A stretch of DNA of 63,853 nt, the filler included. It is 4 parts of 4 records of this genome, joined end to end, with 100 filler letters (N's around TTAATTAATTAA, not from the genome) between each part and the next. Parts side by side here need not be neighbours in the genome. Positions count along the whole stretch, not along the records: positions 1 to 16,569 come from SRR31156797_4934; 3 more parts are not named here. One strand, 5' to 3'. Shown here one piece after another: positions 1 through 10,018 of the stretch. How positions within the stretch are numbered: the stretch's first letter is position 1; each line of letters starts with the position of its first letter. The notes below the pieces were generated by a model. The model was given only the letters and a program-made list of their open reading frames with translations, did no database searches and was not told the DNA's origin. Position numbers and translations under genes: made by a program.

Positions 1-199
1 GCTTGATAATATGAGTAACGAAATGATGACGGAAGCAGTAGGAATAATTAATGGTAAAGCCATTAGCGAGGCATCTGGAAACATGAATTTATCCCGATTA
101 AAAGGTGTTGCAGCAACAGGTGTTGATTGTATTTCAATTGGTGCTCTTACTCATTCTGTAATCGCATTAGATATTAGTCAAAATATTATCCAATCATAA
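1..199 (+). CDS. nadC: Quinolinate phosphoribosyltransferase, 3' end only (5' cut by window edge)
   Basis: LDNM...EASGN...GVDCISIGALTHS...LDIS C-terminal NadC motifs; directly upstream of nadA. Confidence 0.9.
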   Translation, partial: LDNMSNEMMTEAVGIINGKAISEASGNMNLSRLKGVAATGVDCISIGALTHSVIALDISQNIIQS

Positions 200-215
200 A
201 AGTACTTTCCCAATA

Positions 216-1142
216 ATGGAAAATAAAGAGTTAGTCAGACGGATTGAGGAGCTGAAGAAAGAAAAAAATGCAGTTGTTCTTGCACATTACTATGCACATC
301 CCGAAGTTCAGGATGTAGCTGATTATATAGGTGATTCTCTTGGATTGGCAAGACAAGCAGGTGAAACAAAAGCTACTACAATAATTTTTTGTGGCGTTCA
401 TTTTATGGCAGAAACTGCCTCAATTATATCCCCAAATAAAACAGTTTTAATTCCGGCTCAAAATTGTGGATGTTCATTAGCAGAAAGTATTACTGGTGAA
501 GATATTCAAAAGTGGAAAGCTGAAAATCCTGATGGCATTGTTGTATCATATGTAAACACAACTGCAGAGGTTAAAGCTGAAACCGATTATTGTTGTACCT
601 CATCAAATGCTCTCAAAGTAATTGAACACTTAGGAAAGGATAAAAAAATATTCTTTACTCCAGATAAAAATCTTGGTGCCTATATTGTAAAGCAAACAGG
701 AATACCAATGGATTTATGGGATGGCGATTGCTGTGTTCATGAACGAATAACCACAGATATGATTTTGGATATGAGTAATAAATATCCAGAAGCTGATATT
801 TTAATTCATCCGGAAAGCAATTGTGCAGGTGACGATACTATCCTGAATCTACAAAATGCTTACTTCTACTCCACTGCCGGAATTATTAAACATTCTGCCG
901 AGTCAACTAAGAAGCAATTTATTATTGCAACTGAATTGGGAACATTGCATCAATTAGAAAAAGACAATCCCGATAAAGAATTCATTCTTATTCATCCAAA
1001 AACAATTTGTGGTTCGATGAAGAAGGTAAAACTGCAAGGGGTTTACGAAGCCTTACTAGAAAATCAATACGAAGTTAAAGTTCCTGATGAAATATCGAAC
1101 AAAGCAATTCTATCTATTCAACGGATGCTTAAAATAGGATAA
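216..1142 (+). CDS. nadA: Quinolinate synthase
   Basis: LAHYY, IGDSLGL, FCGVHFMAE, GCSLA, YVNT, CCVH, HPE, GTL..C..MK motifs. Confidence 0.95.
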   Translation: MENKELVRRIEELKKEKNAVVLAHYYAHPEVQDVADYIGDSLGLARQAGETKATTIIFCGVHFMAETASIISPNKTVLIPAQNCGCSLAESITGEDIQKWKAENPDGIVVSYVNTTAEVKAETDYCCTSSNALKVIEHLGKDKKIFFTPDKNLGAYIVKQTGIPMDLWDGDCCVHERITTDMILDMSNKYPEADILIHPESNCAGDDTILNLQNAYFYSTAGIIKHSAESTKKQFIIATELGTLHQLEKDNPDKEFILIHPKTICGSMKKVKLQGVYEALLENQYEVKVPDEISNKAILSIQRMLKIG

Positions 1143-1147
1143 AAAAT

Positions 1148-1182
1148 AAACCCCTTTCATTTTTAAATGAAAGGGGTTTTTT
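1148..1182 (+). terminator. Intrinsic terminator after nadA
   Basis: AAACCCCTTTCATTT/AAATGAAAGGGGTTT inverted repeat followed by T-run. Confidence 0.85.
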
Positions 1183-1421
1183 GTGCTTTTTTTTATTTTA
1201 AGAAAAATTAATATTTCATCTTGTTTTATTCGCAATCAATGAATAAATAATGGTATCTTTCCGTTCTGTATGAACACATTAGATCTATTCTTTAAAATTT
1301 CACCTTAAATGTAATAAAAATAAATAGTGTCTTTCTAAATCTAAATACAAACCAAATCAAAATATAAGCGTAAACTCCTCATCTAATAACTATTAATATC
1401 AACTAACTACGAATTAACAAA

Positions 1422-3569
1422 ATGCAATTTCCCCTAAAACTTGTTTTTTCCATCATTTTTCTCATTTCCTTTTTATCCTCAGCTCTATCCGCACCTGAGA
1501 ACTTAAAAAGTAAATTACACACATCTCCTGATAGTTTAAAAACCAAATTATTAATTGATATTTCGAGAGAGTATAGAAACATTAACATTGACAGTGCGAT
1601 ATATTTTTCCAATTTGGCATTAAGCAATGCGATGAATAATGCTGAAGAAAATAATATCATTTCAGCTAATTTAGAAGTTTCTTCATGTTACTCATCAAAA
1701 GGTGATTTCGATAAAGCTCTTAACCATTTGCATCATGCAAATGCAAAAGCTGCAGAATTAAACGATTCTGTTCGGATTAGTAGGATTTTTTATTCATACG
1801 GAACACATTACACAGATGTGAGTAAATATGATAAAGCAATCGAATATTTCAATAAATCAATTGCATTGTGCGAGAAGTTTGATGATCTAAGAACTATTGC
1901 TAGCAACCTAAATGGCTTGGGTATTATCTATTGGGAAAGAGGTGATCTTGAGACTGCAATTCAAAAATATATTGCTGCTTCAAAAATAGCAGAAAAGCTT
2001 AATGCTACATCCTTAAAAAAGACTCTTTTGTTGAATATGGGAATTATTTATGCAGATGAAAAACAGAGTAAAAAAGCATTAGAAAGCTACAAAGAGGTTT
2101 TAGAGATAGTAATAAAGGAAAATGACAAAGATTTTATGGCAGTTATTTATAATAACATGGCCATATTATTTCAAGAAGACAATGATTATGAAGATGCATT
2201 AACCTACTTTGAAAAAAGTTTAAAAATAAGAACAGAACTTGGAGATGAACAAGGAAAAGCTCTTGCTTTAAATAATATAGGTGAAAATTATTTTAAGGTA
2301 GGAGATATAAATAATGCAATAGAATACATTAATAAATCCATTGAAATAAACCGAAGACTAAAACTTGAAACTGAACTAATTTACAATTTAGAGTCTTTGG
2401 CAAAGGTTTATTTAGATTCGGGTAAACTGCAAGAAGTTAATGATCTTTTAACTGAAGGACTTGCTCTTTGTAAAAAGCTAAAAGTTAAGGTCATGCAACG
2501 TAATTTCTTACAATTACAATCGGAATACTATTATTCTGTTGGTAATTACAAAAAAGCATACAAAACTTTCGAAAACTTTAACACTTTAAAAGATAGCTTA
2601 CTTAATGCTAGCAGATCCGATAAAATTGCTCACTTACAAACTCAGTTTGAAACAGATAAAAAAGAAAAGGAAAACGAATTGCTTCGTGTAAAAAATCAAT
2701 ACACTCAAGAGAAGTTGGATAAAGAGAAAACAGTTACCTCCTTTCTTATTATTTTTTCTATTCTATCTATCCTACTCCTAATCTTAATTGTAATCCTTTT
2801 TAGATCTAAAGTTAAAGTTAATTTAAGAATTAAAAAGATTAATGGCATGCTGGAAGAGTCGAATCAGCAATTGAAAATTACCAATGCTACAAAAGACAAA
2901 TTTTTCTCCATTATTGCGCATGATTTGCGTTCGCCATTTAATGCTATTCTGGGGTTTTCTGAGTTAATAAAGCACGAAGTGAATAGTTCTAACGATGCTG
3001 AAATGATCGGAGAATATAATGCTAATATTAACGAATCAGCACAAAGTCTTTTTACTCTATTAGAGAACCTGCTACAATGGGCTAAAAGCCAGAGAGGACA
3101 ATTAGAATTTTATCCAGAACAATTTGATTTATACGAATTAATTCAAACCAACTTATCCATTTTTAAATTGAAAGCGGCTGATAAGTCCATTCATTTATTT
3201 TCTGATATTAAACCAAATACAATGGCTTATGGAGATGTAAATATGGTGAATACCATTATACGTAACCTTATTAGTAATGCTTTAAAATTTACTGAACCTG
3301 AAGGTGAAATTAAAATATATGCATCACTCCTAGATGATTTTGTAATGCTGAAAGTAAAGGATAGTGGAATTGGTATCAGTAATGAAAATCAAGATAAACT
3401 GTTCCGATTGGATTGTAACTATACCACTTATGGCACTAACGATGAAGCCGGTAGCGGTCTTGGCTTGATTCTATGTAAAGAATTTGTTGAAAAAAATGGT
3501 GGGAACATCTGGGTTGAAAGTGAAGAAAATAAAGGAAGTGAATTTGTTATCACCTTAAAATCTGCTTAA
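1422..3569 (+). CDS. TPR-repeat sensor histidine kinase
   Basis: Signal peptide, TPR helices, one TM, H-box IIAHDLRSP, N-box NLISNALKF, G1 DSGIG, G2 GSGLGL. Confidence 0.9.
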   Translation: MQFPLKLVFSIIFLISFLSSALSAPENLKSKLHTSPDSLKTKLLIDISREYRNINIDSAIYFSNLALSNAMNNAEENNIISANLEVSSCYSSKGDFDKALNHLHHANAKAAELNDSVRISRIFYSYGTHYTDVSKYDKAIEYFNKSIALCEKFDDLRTIASNLNGLGIIYWERGDLETAIQKYIAASKIAEKLNATSLKKTLLLNMGIIYADEKQSKKALESYKEVLEIVIKENDKDFMAVIYNNMAILFQEDNDYEDALTYFEKSLKIRTELGDEQGKALALNNIGENYFKVGDINNAIEYINKSIEINRRLKLETELIYNLESLAKVYLDSGKLQEVNDLLTEGLALCKKLKVKVMQRNFLQLQSEYYYSVGNYKKAYKTFENFNTLKDSLLNASRSDKIAHLQTQFETDKKEKENELLRVKNQYTQEKLDKEKTVTSFLIIFSILSILLLILIVILFRSKVKVNLRIKKINGMLEESNQQLKITNATKDKFFSIIAHDLRSPFNAILGFSELIKHEVNSSNDAEMIGEYNANINESAQSLFTLLENLLQWAKSQRGQLEFYPEQFDLYELIQTNLSIFKLKAADKSIHLFSDIKPNTMAYGDVNMVNTIIRNLISNALKFTEPEGEIKIYASLLDDFVMLKVKDSGIGISNENQDKLFRLDCNYTTYGTNDEAGSGLGLILCKEFVEKNGGNIWVESEENKGSEFVITLKSA

Positions 3570-3598
3570 AGTTTAAATATTTAGAAATATTTCAAATT

Positions 3599-3630
3599 GA
3601 CGATTTCCACCTACGAAATCGTCTTTTTTT
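3599..3630 (+). terminator. Intrinsic terminator
   Basis: GACGATTTC-loop-GAAATCGTC then T7. Confidence 0.8.
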
Positions 3631-3653
3631 CGTTTAATAAAGTATGAAGAGTT

Positions 3654-3661
3654 TATATTTG
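3654..3661 (+). promoter_or_regulatory. Bacteroidetes -7 promoter element of mntP
   Basis: TATATTTG matches TAnnTTTG, 19 nt before the ATG. Confidence 0.6.
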
Positions 3662-3680
3662 CACTCCCAAACAATTATAA

Positions 3681-4247
3681 ATGGAACTAATAAGCATATA
3701 TCTGTTAGCCCTTGGCTTATCTGTAGATTCTTTTGCTGCATCGGTATGCAGTGGATTAGCGATTAAACAGATCAAATTTAATCAAGCGGTTAAAATTGCC
3801 TTTTTCCTGGCGATCTTTCAAGGGGGTATGCCAGTTTTGGGTTGGTTTGCCGGATGGGAACTAAAAGATATTATTAAAGATTTTGATCATTGGATCGCAT
3901 TTATTCTTTTAAGCGGTTTAGGTAGCAAAATGATCTATGAAAGTATTACCAATAAAGAACAGGATTGCAGTTTCAATCCACTTAAACTTTCTGTCTTATT
4001 AGGAATCTCCATAGCAACAAGCATAGATGCTTTGGTTATTGGCTTCAGTATGGCTCTAATTGGTCAACTTATTTGGACACCTGCCATAATTATATGCGGA
4101 ATTACATTTATTGCTTCTATGCTTGGAATGCTTCTTGGTAAGAAAATTGGTAGTAAAATGAGTCAAAAATTCGAAATTATTGGAGGTATTGTTTTAATAT
4201 TAATTGGTCTTCGAATCCTAATTGAGCATTTATTTTTCGCAAATTAA
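3681..4247 (+). CDS. mntP: Manganese efflux pump MntP
   Basis: LALGLSVDSFA and IATSIDAL duplicated motifs, about 6 TM, C-terminal GG.VLILIG.RILIEH. Confidence 0.9.
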   Translation: MELISIYLLALGLSVDSFAASVCSGLAIKQIKFNQAVKIAFFLAIFQGGMPVLGWFAGWELKDIIKDFDHWIAFILLSGLGSKMIYESITNKEQDCSFNPLKLSVLLGISIATSIDALVIGFSMALIGQLIWTPAIIICGITFIASMLGMLLGKKIGSKMSQKFEIIGGIVLILIGLRILIEHLFFAN

Positions 4248-4789
4248 AGTTTATATTTTAATCTCAGATCGGTCATTAAAAGACTTAATGATTTTATTCC
4301 CTTCGTTATTTCAGGAGCAGAAATAGTTGCGCCAGAGATACTGTCAATATCCTTCTCGAATTCCATATTTTCACCATTTGATTTTCCAATAAATTGTTTC
4401 AACCAGTACCTTGCCATAATCTCACCTCCATATGATGATCGATAAATCAATATAACAACTTGTTGTATTTTCATTTCATTATCGAACAAAACCATGTAAT
4501 CAAACAAATCATTTTTTCCCTTCGAGCTGGCAAAAGTCGAAAATCCAATAATTTCTTCATTATTTTTAATGGATTCCACACGAACTTTTGTAAATCCTAC
4601 ATAAGCATCTAAATTGAAGTCATCTATATTTATTTTTTCCAAAGATAACTGATCAGTACCAAAAGATGATTTTAAAGCCTTATTGATTCTTTTTTGAATA
4701 GATTTAGGGTATTTCATACCAAATGATTCCATTCCAAAACAAATAATCATACTCACCAATAAAATCGCAAAAAGTTTATTTTTTCTCAT
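4244..4789 (-). CDS. Exported FMN-binding domain protein
   Basis: Signal peptide; WLKQF.GK and DIDSISGATIS (S/T-G-A-S/T flavinylation motif). Confidence 0.8.
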   Translation of the reverse strand: MRKNKLFAILLVSMIICFGMESFGMKYPKSIQKRINKALKSSFGTDQLSLEKINIDDFNLDAYVGFTKVRVESIKNNEEIIGFSTFASSKGKNDLFDYMVLFDNEMKIQQVVILIYRSSYGGEIMARYWLKQFIGKSNGENMEFEKDIDSISGATISAPEITKGIKSLSLLMTDLRLKYKL

Positions 4790-4807
4790 ACTCTTATATA
4801 CTTAGAA

Positions 4808-4843
4808 ACTGCAAGATGTGGCAATTCAACCTCATCTTGCAGT
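4808..4843. other. Intergenic hairpin between barrel and FMN-binding genes
   Basis: ACTGCAAGATG/CATCTTGCAGT 11-bp inverted repeat, only a short T-tail on the minus strand. Confidence 0.55.
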
Positions 4844-4865
4844 AAAAATATCTATTTAATAATTC

Positions 4866-6035
4866 TTAGAACCAAACTCCTACACCACAGTTAATGAAGT
4901 GTTTTTTGTTATCAGCACCATCTTTAAAGTTTTGATAGTCTACTTTTACAACAGCACCTTTAGCCAAATGATAGCTCAAACCAAAGAACCAATCTTCACG
5001 ATCGTATGCTTTGTTTGCAGTAATACCATCAACTTTATGATGAGTGTCATAGCTTTCATATCTTACAAATGGAACTAAAGCTTGCTCTTTTCCATGTAGT
5101 AAATCGTAACCTGCTTCTAAATAGTATCCTTGCATTTGCTTTCCAAGATCCTTACCAGTTTTATCATTGTATTCCTTAACATCGTTGATGAAAGAGTGAA
5201 TATACTGACCTTTAAACTGAAATGCATCAACTTTATAACGGAAATCAAGACCTACCATGCTGATACCAACCCGAGTTGAATCTGCTACTTCTTCAGCGAA
5301 ATCATCATCCTTATCCAATCCATTTAATTCTGACGATTGAGTTTTACCAAAATATCCTGAAAGTCCAAGATTTAAACCTTTAATTCCATAATAATCTACT
5401 TTTGCAGACAATGATGGAGATGTGAAAGTAGACTCAGCACCTTTCTGACGTCCTTTTCTTAAACCATCAGATCCTCTTAGTTTACCACTACCATCGAATC
5501 CGTTAAATCCATTCATAATATATAACTGATACTTTAATGGTGCATTAGCCAAACGACCGTTGATACCAACACCGATCTCTCTCCATGTAGTTGGAACAAT
5601 GTACTTATCAACACTTGGTCTTTCAACGCCATTAAATGTAGTTGGCTCGTGATATTCATTTACAATTCCCATTGGAACCAACATTAAACCACCTCGTAAA
5701 CTCACATTTGGCTTAACATTATAGTTTAAGAATGCCTGCTCAACATACAATTCTTTAACATGCTCGTATTCAATTTCTGTTACAAATGATGTTTTTTCAT
5801 TGAATTGATATCCAAAAAATAAAACCATTCTATGAACATCCATTTTTCCATTATAACGAGTCTGTCCACTAATTTGCTGATTATAGTGAACCTCACCATA
5901 ACCACCAATACTCAACTTCTCATCTTTAATTCTCTCCAAAATTGTAGAACCGATACTTTTCGGTGCTTCCTGCTCCTGAGCTTTTGTTGCAATAAATGCA
6001 AAACAAACCGCAATTAGTAATAATCCTTTTTTCAT
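4866..6035 (-). CDS. Outer-membrane beta-barrel (porin-like) protein
   Basis: Signal peptide, GGYGEVHY, amphipathic strands, NEYHEPTTF, C-terminal GVGVWF beta-signal. Confidence 0.75.
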   Translation of the reverse strand: MKKGLLLIAVCFAFIATKAQEQEAPKSIGSTILERIKDEKLSIGGYGEVHYNQQISGQTRYNGKMDVHRMVLFFGYQFNEKTSFVTEIEYEHVKELYVEQAFLNYNVKPNVSLRGGLMLVPMGIVNEYHEPTTFNGVERPSVDKYIVPTTWREIGVGINGRLANAPLKYQLYIMNGFNGFDGSGKLRGSDGLRKGRQKGAESTFTSPSLSAKVDYYGIKGLNLGLSGYFGKTQSSELNGLDKDDDFAEEVADSTRVGISMVGLDFRYKVDAFQFKGQYIHSFINDVKEYNDKTGKDLGKQMQGYYLEAGYDLLHGKEQALVPFVRYESYDTHHKVDGITANKAYDREDWFFGLSYHLAKGAVVKVDYQNFKDGADNKKHFINCGVGVWF

Positions 6036-6238
6036 CTAGTTTTAAATTAGGTTTTAAATCGACAACCATGTAGTGGTAATATCTTGCGACAAAAATAGAA
6101 CGAGTCTTAATAAGAGAAAATACCAACATGTAGGTATTTTTTGATTTTGACCTTATTCAGACGAATCAAAACATCAAACAATCCAGATATTTTAATACTT
6201 TTGGAATTATATAGATACTAAATTTGATTACTTTACAA

Positions 6239-7555
6239 ATGGAATATTTAAACCAATTCATAATAGATTTTATAGAGATATTAAACGAAATGTCTCCCTA
6301 CTTAATGCTTGGATTTTTCTTTGCAGGAGTTTTAAAAGTTGCTTTCCCTCAAAAATTTATAGACAAATATTTAGGGCAAAAAAATAGCAAATCAGTTTTA
6401 TATGCATCGCTAATCGGAGTTCCTCTTCCTCTTTGTTCATGTGGTGTAATACCAACCGGAATTTCTTTTTATAAAAGTGGAGCAAGTAAAGGATCATCAG
6501 TTTCTTTTCTTATTTCTACTCCTCAAACTGGTGTAGATTCTATTTTGGTAACCTATTCCCTTCTTGGATTACCATTTGCAATCATTCGCCCTTTCATTGC
6601 ATTGTTTACCGGGTTTGTTGGCGGAATTTTAACCAATCGTGTCGATGATTCTCAAGACGAAGTAAAAGAACAAATTGAAGCTACATTCTGTTCTTCTGAA
6701 GAAAAGAAAAATTGTGAATGTGATTCCAACTGCGAAACAAAACCAGCAAAAAAGTCAAAAATGTATATTATGTTCAAGTATGCCTTTGTTGATTTTCTTC
6801 AGGATATTTCAAAATGGCTCATAATTGGCTTGCTTTTGGCTGCAGTAATTTCCGTATTAATTCCTGATGATTTCTTTTCAAGTTTTATTGGAAACGATTT
6901 TTTGGGAATGATCGTAATTCTTATTGCATCAATTCCACTTTATATATGCGCGACCTCATCGGTTCCAGTTGCAGCTGTATTATTGATGAAAGGTATTTCG
7001 CCAGGTGCTGCATTGGTATTTTTAATGGCAGGTCCTGCTACTAATGCAGCAACTATTACTGTACTGAATAAAGTATTGGGTAAAAAAACCATGTGGGCAT
7101 ATCTAATTTCGATAATTTCAGGTGCATTATTATTTGGTTTACTTATTGATAATTTTTTACCAAGAGATTGGTTTACTTTAAGTGGATTGCATCATCATAT
7201 GACAGGACATGAAGGACACTGGGAATTACCCAATTGGTTACAATGGGGAAGCAGTATTACACTATCTCTATTAATTTTAAACGGATATCTACAGAAGTAT
7301 TTATCCTCAAAAAAAGTGATAAATAATCCAGAAGTTAAAATTGCAAAAGAGGAAGTAATTGTATCTGTGATAGGTATGAATTGTAACCATTGTAAGAATA
7401 GTGTTGAAAAACACATCGGTTCTTTGAAAAATATTGAAATAGCTGAAGTCAACCTGGAACAGAAAATTTTAAGAATGGTTGGTCAACAAATTGATCTAAA
7501 TAAGATTAAAAAAGAAGTTGAAAGTTTGGGCTTCGAATTTAAGAATACAATATAG
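6239..7555 (+). CDS. DUF318/SO_0444-type heavy-metal permease with C-terminal HMA domain
   Basis: PLPLCSCGVIP, PLYICATSSVP, FLMAGPATN; HMA GMNCNHC; Cys-rich and His-rich linkers; TACTTTTG promoter element at 6196-6203. Confidence 0.85.
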   Translation: MEYLNQFIIDFIEILNEMSPYLMLGFFFAGVLKVAFPQKFIDKYLGQKNSKSVLYASLIGVPLPLCSCGVIPTGISFYKSGASKGSSVSFLISTPQTGVDSILVTYSLLGLPFAIIRPFIALFTGFVGGILTNRVDDSQDEVKEQIEATFCSSEEKKNCECDSNCETKPAKKSKMYIMFKYAFVDFLQDISKWLIIGLLLAAVISVLIPDDFFSSFIGNDFLGMIVILIASIPLYICATSSVPVAAVLLMKGISPGAALVFLMAGPATNAATITVLNKVLGKKTMWAYLISIISGALLFGLLIDNFLPRDWFTLSGLHHHMTGHEGHWELPNWLQWGSSITLSLLILNGYLQKYLSSKKVINNPEVKIAKEEVIVSVIGMNCNHCKNSVEKHIGSLKNIEIAEVNLEQKILRMVGQQIDLNKIKKEVESLGFEFKNTI

Positions 7556-7902
7556 TTCAATCTCCCATTCAACAAAGCACATTAAACTCTCACTTACAGA
7601 TCATTCCACACATATAAAAAATAAGATAAGAAATAAAAAAAACTACAATTCAATAAGCGATTTTAAGGTCTCTAAACCCCACATAAAACATGATAAATGT
7701 CATTTTTTATGTCAACTCACATCGACACATGTTTATATTTAATTAATTGGAAACTTCGATTTTTTAATTACTTTTGATATGCTGCACAACATATTTATGC
7801 TGTGCGTTATCTTTTTTTTGGGAAACAATTCCTAATCTAATGGATGAATAATTGATTTATAACAAGACCATTATGGGTCTTCATCAACGATTAACCAAAA
7901 AT

Positions 7903-9426
7903 ATGATTAAGAAGATTTCAAAAGTCCTCGTCGCTAACCGAGGAGAAATTGCCCTGCGCGTAATGCGATCTTGCAGGGAATTGGGAATTCAGACAGTTGC
8001 TGTTTATTCCGAAGTAGATAGAACATCTATGCATGTAAGGTATGCTGATCAGGCTTTCCATATTGGACCAGCAGCTTCAGCAGAAAGTTATCTAAACATT
8101 GATAAAATTATTGAAGTAGCGAAATGCTCCAGGGCTGATGCTATTCATCCTGGTTACGGATTCTTAAGCGAAAATGCCGAGTTTTCGAAGCGTTGTCAGG
8201 AAGAAGGTATCATCTTTATTGGTCCTACACCAGAAGTCATATCCACAATGGGAGATAAAATCACCGCCAGAAAAACCATGATTAATGGTGGCGTTCCTGT
8301 TGTTCCCGGAACCAAGGAAAATATGGAAAATGACGAATCTGCATTAAAAGCTATTAAAGAAATTGGTCTGCCAGTAATGATTAAAGCTTCAGCAGGTGGT
8401 GGTGGTAAAGGAATGCGAATGGTCGATAAGGAAGAGAATATCCTTGAAGGACTTCGTGCTGCCAAATCAGAAGCAAAGGCTGCTTTTGGCGATGATACTG
8501 TTTATGTAGAGAAGTACATTTCCTCTCCTCATCATATCGAGTTTCAAATCCTTGGTGATCAACATGGAAATGTAGTTCATCTGTGCGAGCGAGAATGCTC
8601 AGTTCAGCGAAGACATCAGAAAGTTGTTGAAGAGACTCCTTCTCCATTATTAACTCCAGAGCTAAGAGTAAAAATGGGTGAAGCAGCGGTTGCTGCAGCA
8701 AAAGCAGTAAACTACCATGGCGCAGGAACCATTGAATTTTTAGCCGACAACAATCATAATTTCTACTTCCTTGAAATGAATACTAGGTTGCAAGTTGAGC
8801 ATCCTATAACGGAACGAACCACTGGTTATGATCTTGTAAAACAACAAATTCTTATTGCTGAAGGTCAAAAATTGAATATCAAACAAGAAGAAGTTTTTCA
8901 ATTTGGTCACGCAATAGAGTGTAGAATTTATGCAGAGGATACTGACAATAACTTCATGCCTAGCCCAGGATTAATAACTCATATTACCGAACCAATGGGA
9001 TTAGGAGTTAGAACCGATGGCTATGTTTATGAAGGCTATGAAATTCCTATTCACTACGACCCAATGATCTCTAAATTGATTATTTGGGCGAGAACAAGAG
9101 AAGAAGCGATCGAAAGAATGCGTCGTGCTCTTTACGAATACAAAATTACCGGAGTTAAAACATCTATTAAGTTCTTAGAGAAAATAATGGATTGTGAAGA
9201 TTTTAGAACAGGTAACTACGATACCCATTTTATTCAAAATAACGAAGAATTTTTGTTGGCAGATGATGAAGCCAAACATCAGTTCGAAGATCTGGCAATT
9301 GTTGCCGCCTTTATTGATTATCATCACAAACTTAAAAATGTTCAAGTCGATCAAAAATGCTCTAAAAACAGTGGTTGGAAAGAGTTTGGTCGTCGACGTG
9401 GAATGTACAGAGCAAGTGAAAATTAA
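7903..9426 (+). CDS. accC: Biotin carboxylase subunit of acyl-CoA carboxylase
   Basis: KVLVANRGEIA, HPGYGFLSEN, GGGGKGMR, ERECSVQRRHQK, EMNTRLQVEHP; start moved to MIKK ATG. Confidence 0.93.
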   Translation: MIKKISKVLVANRGEIALRVMRSCRELGIQTVAVYSEVDRTSMHVRYADQAFHIGPAASAESYLNIDKIIEVAKCSRADAIHPGYGFLSENAEFSKRCQEEGIIFIGPTPEVISTMGDKITARKTMINGGVPVVPGTKENMENDESALKAIKEIGLPVMIKASAGGGGKGMRMVDKEENILEGLRAAKSEAKAAFGDDTVYVEKYISSPHHIEFQILGDQHGNVVHLCERECSVQRRHQKVVEETPSPLLTPELRVKMGEAAVAAAKAVNYHGAGTIEFLADNNHNFYFLEMNTRLQVEHPITERTTGYDLVKQQILIAEGQKLNIKQEEVFQFGHAIECRIYAEDTDNNFMPSPGLITHITEPMGLGVRTDGYVYEGYEIPIHYDPMISKLIIWARTREEAIERMRRALYEYKITGVKTSIKFLEKIMDCEDFRTGNYDTHFIQNNEEFLLADDEAKHQFEDLAIVAAFIDYHHKLKNVQVDQKCSKNSGWKEFGRRRGMYRASEN

Positions 9427-9448
9427 AACTAAAAACTATTAAATCGTT

Positions 9449-9958
9449 ATGGCACTTGAAATAAAATTGGACGACCGAATTGCAAAGGTTGAACTTCTGG
9501 CTGAAGATGGCAACTCTGTAAAAATAATGGTCGACAACAAGGAGTACGATCTGGATATGCAACAAGTTGAAACTGGCGTTTATTCAGTAATGTACAAAGG
9601 GCGTTCCTACAACGTTGAATTAATCGAAAATGGAACTCCTAAAAAATATACAGTCAACACTTTTTATCACTCATACGAAGCTGAAATTATTGACGCAGAA
9701 ACCAAATATCAACAAGCAAGAAATGCTGGTAATCTGGAAGCTGCTGAAAGTACAATTACATCTCCAATGCCAGGTAAAGTTGTTAAAATACCTGTTGGTT
9801 TGGGCGATGAAGTTAAAAAAGGCGATACCATAATTATCGTATCAGCAATGAAAATGGAAAGTGAATACAAAGCAATGAAAGACGGATTGGTAAAAGAAAT
9901 CTTCGTAAAAGAAGAAGACACCATTGACGGAAATCAACCACTTGTATTCATCGATTAA
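9449..9958 (+). CDS. Biotin carboxyl carrier protein with N-terminal BT-like domain
   Basis: SPMPGKV and AMKM biotinylation motif. Confidence 0.9.
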   Translation: MALEIKLDDRIAKVELLAEDGNSVKIMVDNKEYDLDMQQVETGVYSVMYKGRSYNVELIENGTPKKYTVNTFYHSYEAEIIDAETKYQQARNAGNLEAAESTITSPMPGKVVKIPVGLGDEVKKGDTIIIVSAMKMESEYKAMKDGLVKEIFVKEEDTIDGNQPLVFID

Positions 9959-10018
9959 AAAGAAACCTTAACTAAAAACCTTTGTTCTTAATTTGAAGAA
10001 CAGAAACAAATCAAACCA

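Noticed and set aside
3570-3680. yybP-ykoY manganese riboswitch upstream of mntP
   Set aside because: The spacer holds only a terminator and a promoter element 19 nt from the ATG, leaving no room for the aptamer
6152-6175. Possible Fur-type box between the barrel and permease genes
   Set aside because: TTATTCAGACGAATCAAAAC has only weak dyad symmetry; not supportable without a motif model
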